DNA of 64,000 nt from a virus (IMGVR_UViG_3300044701_002512:1052-65051); one strand, 5' to 3'; counted from the first letter of the stretch, positions 39,165 through 49,338 are shown. Notes: generated from the sequence alone by a model not told the origin. A program made the numbers and translations.

Positions 39165-41813
39165 ATGGCTTATGTAACCGTAAGCGGTCTTAGTAGTGGA
39201 TTATATGTTCCTATATCAGTTATAGGAACAGCATCTAATATCGCAATTAAGGTAACTCAACCAACTCCAAATACTGCTGGTATTAGTTCTACTAGTGGAT
39301 ATACTACTACTCTAACTGGGTGGAATGCCCAAAATGGAACGGTAATTGATCTTAGAGCAACTTCTTCTAGTGAATACGCAACACAAGTATATGTAACTTT
39401 ATCCATAGGTGGCGCTAGTTCTACTTGGTATATCACAACTCAAAATGCTCCTAATAATGCTCCTAACCCACCACCATCATTTGAAAATTTAACTGATCAA
39501 CCATTAAATACTAATGTATATACTACTGAAGTATATCAAGTTGCTGGATTATCTGCAACCGCAACTGCTAGTGTTCTGGGTAATGGTGGATCTGGAACTG
39601 GTGGAAATACTGCAAAAATTGCAAAATCTTCCACGGCAACTGTAGATGGAAATGGTGTGTTGAGTGGCGCTAGTTTTACTAGCTCATCTATTACTGTTTC
39701 TAATGGAGATTATATTCAATTAAGGCAGTTAACATCTACTGCTAATAACACCTCTATTACAACTACTTTAACAATTGGAACTGGTTTGCCAGTAAACTGG
39801 AGTGTATCAACTGGCAATCCTCCAGATTCTTCTATCGATACTTTTAATTTTCAAAATATAACAGGTGCCACGCCAGGTCAGCAATATTCTTCTGCGGTTA
39901 ATAGTAATGGAGATTTGTATACTGTTACTGGTGTTGCTTCTGGAGTTACTTTGAATGTAACTTTAGAATCTTCTAAATTAATTAATTCTTCTGGGGTTGA
40001 AACTACACCTCTTTCTCCTTTACCAAGAGTGCAAATTAATAATGGTTCTATAGGAACATTCCCAGCAACAGTTCAGTTGAATGATACTGTTCGTATTTGG
40101 ATGTATGCTGGATCAAATTATGGAGATCAAACATGGGCACAAATTAAAGTAGGTGATTACACTCCACAACCATGGAAAATATTTAATTCTGCTACCCCAG
40201 ATACAACTCCAGATACAGTAACTTTTAAAAATAGAACAAACAGACCACCTTCAACAGCAACTAATAGCAATGCTGTTTCTATAACTGGCATTCAAACTGG
40301 AGTTCAAGTTACTACAACTAATGGCGCGTTAATTTCTAAAAACGGCGGAACATATTCTGCATCTCCTGTTAATGTTGTAGAAGGAGACACAATTAGTTTA
40401 CAACTAACCAGTAGTGCTACTTTAGGTGGTTCTGTTAGCACAACAGTTTCTATTGGTGATTTGACTGGTATAACGTGGAGTGTTGGAACTTGGGCGACGG
40501 CACCAACCACAGAATTGATGACAGGTCAGTGGTATAGTAGATTAATGGTCATTAATCAAGCTAATGATGCTCGTCAAGAAAAGAAAGAAGATGGATTGGC
40601 AATTGGAACTGTTCTGCCAATTAGTAGATTCCAGGATGATTCTTTTGAAGGAGCATCGGGAGATCTTGACGGAACTATGGAATCTAGGTATCCTGGATGG
40701 ATGGAATGTGATGGTAGAGAATTGACAGTTAGTACATATTATGAATTATGGAATGTTATTGGTAATACTTATGGTGGTAGTGGAGCTTATAGTTCATCTA
40801 CAAATTCATATTCTGGCACTTTCAAATTACCTAACTATAGAAATAGAAAATTAGTTGGCGTAGGTCCTATTGATGGAAATAATGCATCATCGCCTTCCGT
40901 CACTACATACAAAGGAGCAGATCCATCTTCGGCATCAACAGGTGATGCCAATCAAGTGGGAAGTTCGGGAGGAAACTGGATTATTGATACTGTTGACACT
41001 CAAGGAGCTAGACCACCTGAGCAAGTATATGATGGATCACCAACTGATATTGATGGACCTTTCTATGTTTTGGGTGCTATTAGAACTACTGGATACAGTG
41101 GTGTTACTACAGATGTAGATTTTGTGATTGGTAATAATGGATATATCAGTGCAACTGTTGGGCCGCTTGATGATGTGTTCACAAAAATTGGTCAGCATAC
41201 TCATTTCATGCTTACTGGTCAAGAAACAGATGAAGATATTTCATTTATTGGGTGGGGGGTTCCTTCTTATGGTGGCGCTGGCGATTCTGGATCTGGATCT
41301 GGTGTTGATGGAAGATGGATTGCCGATAGACCATCACCTGCTGACGAATTGTATGGTGCTCCATATACATCAGATACAGTAACCTATGGTTGGTGGTGGA
41401 GATCTCCAAAATCAAATACTCCTGTATTAGATAATGCTGCTGGCGATCATTTAGCTATGATTGATACCTCTTCGACTAATGCTACCACAGATCCTTTTGA
41501 TCCTGGTGCATTTGGGGGTGCTTTAACTCATTCTCATTATATTTCTGAAACTGCGTTTAATGATCCAAAAACACAATATGGGTGGGGAAACAACACTGGT
41601 TCAGGAACAGTTGCTGGAACATTCCCAACAACATACGGAAATACTCTCACTGTTCAGTTCAATCAATCACAGTTGCAAATTACTTCAAATACTGCTACAT
41701 TTACATTGAACTCGACCAAACAAATAGTTCCAACAGTAAATCTTTCTCCACAGAAGAAGATTCCAATCATGAATAAATATGTCCGTGTTAAGTATTTGAT
41801 TAAAGTATATTGA
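39165..41813 (+). CDS. tail fibre with Ig-like repeats and C-terminal collar domain
   Basis: About 3.5 repeats ending IG...W...T; GLAIGTVL...YPGWMECDG...LWNVIGNTYGG...FKLPNYR collar; HxH motifs; ends YLIKVY. Confidence 0.85.
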   Translation: MAYVTVSGLSSGLYVPISVIGTASNIAIKVTQPTPNTAGISSTSGYTTTLTGWNAQNGTVIDLRATSSSEYATQVYVTLSIGGASSTWYITTQNAPNNAPNPPPSFENLTDQPLNTNVYTTEVYQVAGLSATATASVLGNGGSGTGGNTAKIAKSSTATVDGNGVLSGASFTSSSITVSNGDYIQLRQLTSTANNTSITTTLTIGTGLPVNWSVSTGNPPDSSIDTFNFQNITGATPGQQYSSAVNSNGDLYTVTGVASGVTLNVTLESSKLINSSGVETTPLSPLPRVQINNGSIGTFPATVQLNDTVRIWMYAGSNYGDQTWAQIKVGDYTPQPWKIFNSATPDTTPDTVTFKNRTNRPPSTATNSNAVSITGIQTGVQVTTTNGALISKNGGTYSASPVNVVEGDTISLQLTSSATLGGSVSTTVSIGDLTGITWSVGTWATAPTTELMTGQWYSRLMVINQANDARQEKKEDGLAIGTVLPISRFQDDSFEGASGDLDGTMESRYPGWMECDGRELTVSTYYELWNVIGNTYGGSGAYSSSTNSYSGTFKLPNYRNRKLVGVGPIDGNNASSPSVTTYKGADPSSASTGDANQVGSSGGNWIIDTVDTQGARPPEQVYDGSPTDIDGPFYVLGAIRTTGYSGVTTDVDFVIGNNGYISATVGPLDDVFTKIGQHTHFMLTGQETDEDISFIGWGVPSYGGAGDSGSGSGVDGRWIADRPSPADELYGAPYTSDTVTYGWWWRSPKSNTPVLDNAAGDHLAMIDTSSTNATTDPFDPGAFGGALTHSHYISETAFNDPKTQYGWGNNTGSGTVAGTFPTTYGNTLTVQFNQSQLQITSNTATFTLNSTKQIVPTVNLSPQKKIPIMNKYVRVKYLIKVY

Positions 41814-41821
41814 GGTAATTT

Positions 41822-42505
41822 ATGGCAAAGATTATACCAATTCGACCCCTCGAATTGATGCGAGATGAAAACATTACAACAGCAGAATTTAATGATTTTG
41901 TCGGAGTGTGGCCAGGTTTAATGCCAAAAACTGTATGTAAAAAATTCATTGATGTTTTTGAACTTGCATATCAGAGAGATAGTATCATCGATGAACCTAT
42001 TAATGGCATTGATGATATTCCTGAACAAATTCCTGAAAATGCATACATGACTGGTAGCACACAGTTTGAAAATGCTCAACTGGGCAGAGATGATACATCT
42101 TTGTTGTTGAATTATACAAGTGATAAATTATCATATGAATGTAATCAATATTTGCAAGCTTGCTTGCAGCATTATGTAAGTCAATATCCTCAGTTGATTC
42201 CTGTTAAAATGATATCTACTGATATCAAAATGCAAAAAACTAGACCTGGGGGTGGATATCATCACTTCCATTATGAATCTAGTAACTGGCAGTGTGGTCA
42301 ACGAGAATTAACTTGGATCATTTATTTGAATGATCTTCCAGAGGGAGAAGGTGAGACCGAGTTTTTATATCAAAGAAGAAGAATTAGACCAACAGCAGGA
42401 ACTGTAGTTATCTGGCCAGCTGGAATGACACACGTTCACAAAGGCAATACTGTATTAACACAAGATAAATACATATTAACAGGTTGGTATATTAAATTGC
42501 CATAA
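41822..42505 (+). CDS. 2OG-Fe(II) oxygenase
   Basis: GGGYHHFHYE, IIYLND..GETEF, WPAGMTHVH, KYILTGW. Confidence 0.9.
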   Translation: MAKIIPIRPLELMRDENITTAEFNDFVGVWPGLMPKTVCKKFIDVFELAYQRDSIIDEPINGIDDIPEQIPENAYMTGSTQFENAQLGRDDTSLLLNYTSDKLSYECNQYLQACLQHYVSQYPQLIPVKMISTDIKMQKTRPGGGYHHFHYESSNWQCGQRELTWIIYLNDLPEGEGETEFLYQRRRIRPTAGTVVIWPAGMTHVHKGNTVLTQDKYILTGWYIKLP

Positions 42506-42512
42506 TAGAAAC

Positions 42513-43466
42513 ATGGATGCTCCTATCAGAACGCCGATTATTCAGGTTAGTTTCCCCACACAGTTTATAAGTTTCAATATGTCTGATAGAAGAAGACCTA
42601 TTGAAGGATTTGTGTGGGAAAAAATGGTCGAAAAGATTGATCCTTTTTGGCACTCGGATAACGACGAGATACAATATTTCTTCTACTATAATGATGATAC
42701 TTATTTCTGTCAGAAGAGAAAGTTAGTGTATGATTTTGCTACAAAATCACAATTTTGGAAAGAATATGTTTGGAAAGAACCAACTAGTGCTCAAGCAAAA
42801 GAACTAGCAGAATTTTTTACTACCTTCTCTTTCCTTCAACAAGATATTTCTACTAGAGAAATAGAGACAAAAATTAATGCTTTTAAGGAAGAAAAGTATA
42901 TTCATGATAGAACTTATTATGAAAGAATTGCCGAAAGAAATAATCTATTGACAGTTAGTGATTGGAGAGTTCTTCCTGATGCTCCGCAAGCATTTGAAGG
43001 TGAAAGAGATATGTGGATTCAGTGGAGAACATATCTAAGAGAAATGATCAAAAAACCTAGTGAGTTTGAAAACAATCTTGAGTTTTTTAAATATATTATG
43101 AATCTCAAGTATCCAATCGATCCTAGACAATACTTCGAAAAGTATCCAGACATGAGAGTTCCATTCATGGATGAAAATGATGAGGAACAATGGTCTAATG
43201 AGCAAAATAGAGTGTCTAAAGACTTCATGTATCAGAATATTCGTAATATTGTTGGATTGATTGAAGATAATCAACAGAGACCTAAATTAATTAGCAAGCA
43301 AATCTTAGACATTGCTAAAAGATTGCAAATTGAAGAAGCATTCCCTGGATTGGATTTATCTACATACACATTTATTGAAAAACCAATTATTGATCCTAAC
43401 AAGAGATACATTAAACCAATTTATTTTCCTGAAGATTTTGCGGAACCTATTGAAGGAGAAGAATGA
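42513..43466 (+). CDS. tail fibre assembly chaperone-like protein
   Basis: ERNNLLTVSDWRVLPDAP...WIQWRTYLRE motif of phage tail assembly chaperones. Confidence 0.7.
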   Translation: MDAPIRTPIIQVSFPTQFISFNMSDRRRPIEGFVWEKMVEKIDPFWHSDNDEIQYFFYYNDDTYFCQKRKLVYDFATKSQFWKEYVWKEPTSAQAKELAEFFTTFSFLQQDISTREIETKINAFKEEKYIHDRTYYERIAERNNLLTVSDWRVLPDAPQAFEGERDMWIQWRTYLREMIKKPSEFENNLEFFKYIMNLKYPIDPRQYFEKYPDMRVPFMDENDEEQWSNEQNRVSKDFMYQNIRNIVGLIEDNQQRPKLISKQILDIAKRLQIEEAFPGLDLSTYTFIEKPIIDPNKRYIKPIYFPEDFAEPIEGEE

Positions 43467-43804
43467 TGAACTACGATGCAATGGAATTTTCTGAATTTAT
43501 TGAATCTTATATCTCACTTGCAAAAACTCCATTAGTTTTTATTCGAGTGACTGGTCCTCAATCATTAAATGATGCTGATAAAGCAAATGAAGTTTTTAAT
43601 TTATACAAACAGATTTTAGATTTGGAGATGTATAATCTCATCTTCAATAATGAATTTATTTTTGTTAAATTTGAAACAGTTGAGGAAGCAATTCAGTATT
43701 GTGAAGATCATTTTCCAGAAAGTCAATCGACATGCCCACCTGAGCAATTTATATATTATGCAGTGTATAATTCCGAAGGTCAGGTAATCGTTTCAAATGA
43801 CTGA
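43463..43804 (+). CDS. hypothetical protein
   Basis: ATGA-coupled ORF with GGAG RBS. Confidence 0.7.
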   Translation: MMNYDAMEFSEFIESYISLAKTPLVFIRVTGPQSLNDADKANEVFNLYKQILDLEMYNLIFNNEFIFVKFETVEEAIQYCEDHFPESQSTCPPEQFIYYAVYNSEGQVIVSND

Positions 43805-44657
43805 AAATTACTTAGAAATTACAGACAATTATAGTTTAGTAGATAGAAAGAAAATTTCTTCTACTGGTTCAATTCCTTACGACTATTCTTGTCTGAAAGA
43901 TCCATCTTTTGTGCCAATAATTCCAGAAAATATACGAGAAATTTTAAAAAGAGATACTGATTATGAAATGTTGGGTTTAAGACCCAGACATGCTGTGCAA
44001 ACAATTTACACTACATTTGATGATTCTGGAGTTTTGGGATATACTGTCAGTAATCCTATATCTTTTGATTATCTTGATTGCACTCAATGGAAAAAATTAT
44101 GTGATGCTTTGGGAGTTCCAGAATATTATGATTTTCATTATGAATTGATACGACTTACTGCAACACCAGATCCACATAATCTTATTGTTGCGGGATTGCA
44201 AGGAATACGTTATAATAATGATGGTAAAATTATGGAGTTTATTGTAAGAAATGCCACTTTTGATTTAGACATCATAAAGAATAATATACATTATGAAAAT
44301 ATGAAGAAAGAGTGGTCTAGACTTTCTGCAGTTGAACAATTAGTTGGCATCAATCCATATAATGATGACGTTAGTTTAGAAACGATTAGTCTATACAGTA
44401 ACTCTGCAATAGCATTTGATAATTATGGAGAAAAAGAGTATAAATTATATCATTCTCCATATCAGATTGAGCAACAGTCAGAACTATTTTTGAAATTTAT
44501 TCATTCTTTTGGAGTAATATCAGAATCTGATGTAGAATATTGTAAATCTGTTGCTCCTAAGAATAAATTAAATATGGTTTTAAAATTTGATTCTGAAGAT
44601 CAAATAAAAGATATTATCCTAAAGTCTACTGTAGTAGAAAATTTTAACCGAGTTTAG
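43797..44657 (+). CDS. hypothetical protein
   Basis: 286-aa overlapping ORF in the same operon. Confidence 0.7.
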   Translation: MTENYLEITDNYSLVDRKKISSTGSIPYDYSCLKDPSFVPIIPENIREILKRDTDYEMLGLRPRHAVQTIYTTFDDSGVLGYTVSNPISFDYLDCTQWKKLCDALGVPEYYDFHYELIRLTATPDPHNLIVAGLQGIRYNNDGKIMEFIVRNATFDLDIIKNNIHYENMKKEWSRLSAVEQLVGINPYNDDVSLETISLYSNSAIAFDNYGEKEYKLYHSPYQIEQQSELFLKFIHSFGVISESDVEYCKSVAPKNKLNMVLKFDSEDQIKDIILKSTVVENFNRV

Positions 44658-44660
44658 ATC

Positions 44661-45353
44661 ATGAAAACAATTGAAGTTCGTTATTGCCCATCTATGGGTA
44701 TGGATGGTTTTGCCTCATTAAAAAATATCAACTCGGATAACTTCATTCCAGTTAAAAAATACTCTGAGCATGAAGAGTCTAATTATTATTTTAGAGAATG
44801 CCCTGCTTGGAACGAATGGGCATCATCTACCTATGTTTACTATGCACAAGAAGATATAGAATTTAAATTTGCTAGTAAATATAATGCAATGACTAGCGAC
44901 TCTATAAGTGATGATTTTGCAATGAATAGATTATCACCTGGAGAAAATTGGTTGAAAGGATCAGATCCGATTATACAATACTTTAGTATGCTATTTCTTT
45001 GGGTGGATGAACCAGGAGTGTGGGTAGAACAATTTAGTTCAGCATCTGGTATAGATAATTGTGAACTGATACCAGGAACATTTCCAATATCTTCATGGTA
45101 TAGACCTCTAGTTGTCGCGTTGAAATTAAAGAAAGATAAAAATATAAAGATACATAGGGGTATGCCTCTCTATAATATACGATTTAGAACAGAAACACCT
45201 GCTCAGATTGTATTAAAACAAAGCACACCATCAGAAGAACAACTAAAGATGTATCATTATGATTTGACTTATAAGAAAAAGCACCCAGGCGAATCCTGGC
45301 AGTTGATTAAAAAAAGAATGAAGTGCCCTTTTGAGTTTTTATGGAATACATGA
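44661..45353 (+). CDS. hypothetical protein (CPAW...PGTFPISSWYRP...GMPL; possible beta-clip/dUTPase-like fold)
   Basis: 230-aa ORF; fold is a guess from motif pattern. Confidence 0.6.
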   Translation: MKTIEVRYCPSMGMDGFASLKNINSDNFIPVKKYSEHEESNYYFRECPAWNEWASSTYVYYAQEDIEFKFASKYNAMTSDSISDDFAMNRLSPGENWLKGSDPIIQYFSMLFLWVDEPGVWVEQFSSASGIDNCELIPGTFPISSWYRPLVVALKLKKDKNIKIHRGMPLYNIRFRTETPAQIVLKQSTPSEEQLKMYHYDLTYKKKHPGESWQLIKKRMKCPFEFLWNT

Positions 45354-45973
45354 TAGGTTATCAAGAGCATGATCTTGATACTTTAAAATTAACAACTTAC
45401 CATAAAGTCTTTCCTGTTTTTGGAAATAGGTTGATTGCTAGATCGTATGATCAAGATGGTAATTATGAGGGTTATCAATATGGAATGTATTCTGAAGTAA
45501 GTAAAAATAATAATCCATATGAAGGATGGGAACCAGAATTAATAACATATCTTTTAGAACGTAGAAAAAAGATACAACTTCTTCATGTTGCTTTTGATGT
45601 TGAACATAACTTAGTCAAGAAAGATATAAGAGTTTCGTTCAAAGATCTGCCAAAACTTTCTAATTATTATGCAGACTTGGAGAAAATTGATGACGTTGAT
45701 TTTCTAGTTAGAATGGGTATGTCATCGGTCGTTAATGTTCAATTTTATGTTAATAAAAATATGTCAATTGAGTTTATGGCATTGGATACTGCATTAAAAA
45801 GAAATATGTTACTGGAACATTGTGTGACATCAGAATTGTTAACGACAAAACAGAAACATTATGTGAAAGAGGTTGCATCAGAATATTACTGTTCGGTGAA
45901 ATTTGGGTGGAAAAATGGCAAACTTACCAAAAAATGTTACGTTCGGGATATCAATAATTGGGAGGGGGGTTGA
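45341..45973 (+). CDS. hypothetical protein
   Basis: 210-aa ORF closing the late block. Confidence 0.65.
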   Translation: MEYMIGYQEHDLDTLKLTTYHKVFPVFGNRLIARSYDQDGNYEGYQYGMYSEVSKNNNPYEGWEPELITYLLERRKKIQLLHVAFDVEHNLVKKDIRVSFKDLPKLSNYYADLEKIDDVDFLVRMGMSSVVNVQFYVNKNMSIEFMALDTALKRNMLLEHCVTSELLTTKQKHYVKEVASEYYCSVKFGWKNGKLTKKCYVRDINNWEGG

Positions 45974-45998
45974 CAGGGGTTGCCACCCGTGCTACAGT
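45970..45998 (+). promoter_or_regulatory. sigma70-type early promoter
   Basis: TTGACA-17-TACAGT. Confidence 0.7.
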
Positions 45999-46024
45999 AG
46001 CGGAGCACTGAACCCAAGAGACCC

Positions 46025-46258
46025 ATGAAAGGCATCATCGATTACGGTGACGATGGCGTGATTCCGATGATTGAGTCGGATGACGTTGAAAACGTTGTCG
46101 AAAGTATTCTCGAATATGTAGAAAATCGTTTTGAACTTCTCGATCAAGAAGGTGGTCGTGACGCCGACATCTTTGCTCTTTGTCAAGAGTTTCATGAATG
46201 GGGAACTGCCGAAGAAGGCGATGAAGTTTCCTATTTCACTTGCCCCTCATTCAACTGA
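46025..46258 (+). CDS. small acidic hypothetical protein
   Basis: First ORF after the promoter. Confidence 0.7.
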   Translation: MKGIIDYGDDGVIPMIESDDVENVVESILEYVENRFELLDQEGGRDADIFALCQEFHEWGTAEEGDEVSYFTCPSFN

Positions 46259-46264
46259 TTAATC

Positions 46265-46750
46265 ATGCTCTGGAACATTGACGCTCAAAAAGTTGCTGAC
46301 GGTTACGGTATTAGTCTTGATGACTTTCTGGAAACTGTAAATGGTAGCGGCACTTCTCCCATTACTGAAGCAGCAGTTGCCAACCTTTTGGGCGGAGAAC
46401 GTGTAATTGGTAAGCAACTTCCGTATGATGTTGTTGCCAAAGAACGCATCAATCAACTGATTGAAGTTCGTAACATCTGTAAGACTAAATCTGTTTTCTT
46501 CTCTCCCTCTACTGCTACTGGTAAGGGTCGCTTCTATGACGAAGACGATTATCAAAAGAAACTGAGGTCTGTTGACTCTTATGTTTTCTGTGATCTTCGT
46601 GCTCGTTTTACTGAACCTCCAAAGTTCTATGAAATTCCAGTTGACAAAGTGATTGAGTTGACTGATAATGGAACAATCAAAGAAGGTAAAATTACCGTCA
46701 AGCAATTCTTTGATCTTTTCCCCTACGAACAATACGCTCTCAAACCCTGA
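46265..46750 (+). CDS. putative restriction-endonuclease-like protein
   Basis: E...PYDVV...IEVRNI resembles a PD-(D/E)xK core; abuts a methyltransferase. Confidence 0.45.
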   Translation: MLWNIDAQKVADGYGISLDDFLETVNGSGTSPITEAAVANLLGGERVIGKQLPYDVVAKERINQLIEVRNICKTKSVFFSPSTATGKGRFYDEDDYQKKLRSVDSYVFCDLRARFTEPPKFYEIPVDKVIELTDNGTIKEGKITVKQFFDLFPYEQYALKP

Positions 46751-46751
46751 C

Positions 46752-47693
46752 ATGCAAACAAATATCATTCACGTTGGTGACAACATCACGAATCTGAAGA
46801 GTCTTCCTGATTCTTCGGTAGATCTTTGTGTGACTTCACCACCTTACTATAACCTGCGTGACTATCAAAACGTAGGTCAGATTGGTGTGGAAAATACTGT
46901 GAGTGAGTATGTAGAGAATCTGTGTAAGGTATTTGATGAGATTTATCGTGTATTGAAACCGACTGGATCATGTTGGGTCAATATCGCTGATACTTACGAC
47001 AAGAAGCGTTTGCTTCAAGTTCCTAGTCGCTTCGAGATTGCCATGTGCGATCGGGGGTGGCAACTTCGTAATGAAATTATCTGGAACAAACCAAATCCAC
47101 AACCAATCTCATCCAAAGATCGTTTCTGGTCTAATCATGAGAAGTTTTTTTGGTTTGTGAAGGATGTGAAGAAATACTATTTTGATCGTGATCCTATTCT
47201 TGTGCCGCAAGCAGAGATTAGCATTCGTCGCATGTTCTCTAAGAACAATGTAGACAAGCGCAAAGATGCTAATGCATCTGAAAAGGAAGGATTTGCAATC
47301 TCTTCTGTCAGTCAGGATAAGCATTATGCCCGTATGCGTGAAGAGATGGGTATCACTAAAGACTTTGATTATGAAGCATTGATTGCTGCTGGCAAGTGCC
47401 CCATGCGACCAGAATTCAGCGTCTGGGAGGTCGCTAGCACAACCTACAAGGGCGCTCATTTCGCGGTCTATCCTCCCGATCTGATTGCCAAACCTGTGCT
47501 CTCTTGCTGCCCTGTAGACGGTGTTGTGGTCGATCCTTTCATGGGATCTGGAACTACGGGTGAAGTGGCAAAGGCAAACCAGCGTAAGTATATTGGATTC
47601 GAACTGAATCCAGAATATGCTAAACTGGCAGAGCAACGTATCGCATCTGTCTCGGGTGCGTCTCTCAATAAATTCCTTGACAACGCTGCTTGA
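46752..47693 (+). CDS. DNA amino-methyltransferase, beta class (probably N4-cytosine)
   Basis: TSPPYY (motif IV) precedes DPFMGSGTTG (motif I); HFAVYP; start ATG 46752. Confidence 0.92.
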   Translation: MQTNIIHVGDNITNLKSLPDSSVDLCVTSPPYYNLRDYQNVGQIGVENTVSEYVENLCKVFDEIYRVLKPTGSCWVNIADTYDKKRLLQVPSRFEIAMCDRGWQLRNEIIWNKPNPQPISSKDRFWSNHEKFFWFVKDVKKYYFDRDPILVPQAEISIRRMFSKNNVDKRKDANASEKEGFAISSVSQDKHYARMREEMGITKDFDYEALIAAGKCPMRPEFSVWEVASTTYKGAHFAVYPPDLIAKPVLSCCPVDGVVVDPFMGSGTTGEVAKANQRKYIGFELNPEYAKLAEQRIASVSGASLNKFLDNAA

Positions 47694-47705
47694 CTCCTAT
47701 ATAAT
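47677..47705 (+). promoter_or_regulatory. consensus sigma70 early promoter
   Basis: TTGACA-17-TATAAT. Confidence 0.85.
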
Positions 47706-47725
47706 CATGGAAACGCGGCAGACCG

Positions 47726-47851
47726 ATGACCACGCCCAACTGGCAGCACCATTCTAAGAAAGATGCTAAGCGCACCCTGAAACCTCAGGCGATGCGTCAG
47801 GCGAAGGCACGGAAGCAAGCATTAAAACGGCAATTACAATTGATTAAATAA
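47726..47851 (+). CDS. 41-aa basic protein (not in ORF track)
   Basis: MTTPNWQHHSKKDAKRTLKPQAMRQAKARKQALKRQLQLIK right after the promoter. Confidence 0.65.
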   Translation: MTTPNWQHHSKKDAKRTLKPQAMRQAKARKQALKRQLQLIK

Positions 47852-48342
47852 TGCAAATTATTGACAACTTTTTACCGATTGATCAATTCAAACAAGTAGA
47901 ATATCATTTTTTAACTGACACTGAATTGCCATGGTATTTTAATGCATCTGCTGTTCCAGAAACTTATGTAAATGAGGATGAACCATTTCAATTCGTTCAT
48001 CGCCTCTACAGATGGTTTCAACCCACTAGTAAATACTATGGTCTTATGAAACCATTTTTGGATATTATTCAACCACATGGTTTAATAAGAATAAAAGCAA
48101 ATTTAACTACCAGAACAGAAAATTTAGTTGTCAATGGATACCATATAGATCATACGTTTGATCACAAAGTAGGTATTTTTTATGTAAATTCTAATAATGG
48201 TTACACATTGTTTGAATCGGGTGATAAAGTGGAAAGCGTAGCAAATCGTATGCTTTTATTTGATGGAAATCTACGACATTCTGGAACAAATTGCACAGAT
48301 CAGCAGCGTAGAGTAGTAATCAATTTTAATTATTTAAAATGA
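47851..48342 (+). CDS. 2OG-Fe(II) oxygenase-like protein
   Basis: IIDNFLP, YHID, NRMLLFDG.LRHSG, RVVINFNY. Confidence 0.8.
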   Translation: MQIIDNFLPIDQFKQVEYHFLTDTELPWYFNASAVPETYVNEDEPFQFVHRLYRWFQPTSKYYGLMKPFLDIIQPHGLIRIKANLTTRTENLVVNGYHIDHTFDHKVGIFYVNSNNGYTLFESGDKVESVANRMLLFDGNLRHSGTNCTDQQRRVVINFNYLK

Positions 48343-49338
48343 ACTACGATAACGAAAAATTAAATGAGATATATAGAGACACATGGCCTAATTTAGGGTG
48401 GGCAAAGATGGATAGAATCAGAGCAGGAAATACTGTAAAGTTTCTAGGATGCACTAAAGAGCAAGTGCAATGGGGTAACAATGATGACCCCAACGGAATG
48501 CTAATCGTAGGTGACAAATACCATGTTGAGCATGTCTATGTGCATTCACAGCACACTAAGATAGAGCTCAGAGGAGTCAAAGGTAAATTTAACTCAGTAT
48601 GTTTTGAGGTGACACATGACACACGAAGAAATGCTTGAAGAAGCAGCGAAACGCGAAGAAGAGAACGAGCGACCATTCTATCGTTTCTTTGCTATTGAAT
48701 ACTTTGCCACTGGAGAGGGTATGTCTTTCTGGTTAAAAATATGTCGCAACTATGACCTTCCCATGGATGGTAAAGATTATGACATGGAAAGGTTTGTTAA
48801 GTTTATTGGTGTGGGCGCTGAGCACTATATTCATGGTCTCACAATGCCCACACAAGAAGAGTTTATGACTCAGTATGCTAATCTGATTCCACCATACATT
48901 GTGAAGATGATTGAGCGTAGAGACCAACCAGCATTAGACTGGGAAACACACTTTTACTTTAACTACTCATGAGCAGATTTGTGAAGAATCCAGACGAGAT
49001 TGTGCTGGAAGATGTTAGAATGTTTCACTACGAAACAATGGAGGAAGGTCGCTCAGTGTGGATTGGCATCTACACTAACGACGGTAAAATCTACCACATG
49101 AATATCGGTGGTGACAACCTTAGAGTATATTATTCCAATGAGACTTGTTAAACAAACACAGTGGGAAGACTTCCTTGACGGATTCCACAACTTCATGTAT
49201 GCTTGGGATAGTTACAACACGTCTGAGTTTTGGGAAGCATTGTGCTATGGATGGTATGATGAATACATCTATCCATACGATGACCCATTTCTTATTCACA
49301 TTCCTTCACCTGAGCGTAAACTGAGGTTAGCGGAATGA
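48339..49338 (+). other. four coupled small hypothetical ORFs (48339-48638, 48616-48972, 48969-49151, 49138-49338)
   Basis: Same-strand overlapping ORFs typical of hyperplastic early regions. Confidence 0.65.

Noticed and set aside
39136-39165. Ribosomal bypass or read-through joining tip 3 to the fibre (gene 60 style)
   Set aside because: The 26-nt gap is out of frame, there is an in-frame TAA at 39156 with no matching landing codon, and the fibre has its own late promoter and RBS.
46668-46751. Longer methyltransferase start from the ORF track
   Set aside because: Overlaps the upstream gene; the MTase domain starts at ATG 46752. Track starts at 57337, 59965 and 61962 similarly fall within or before promoters.
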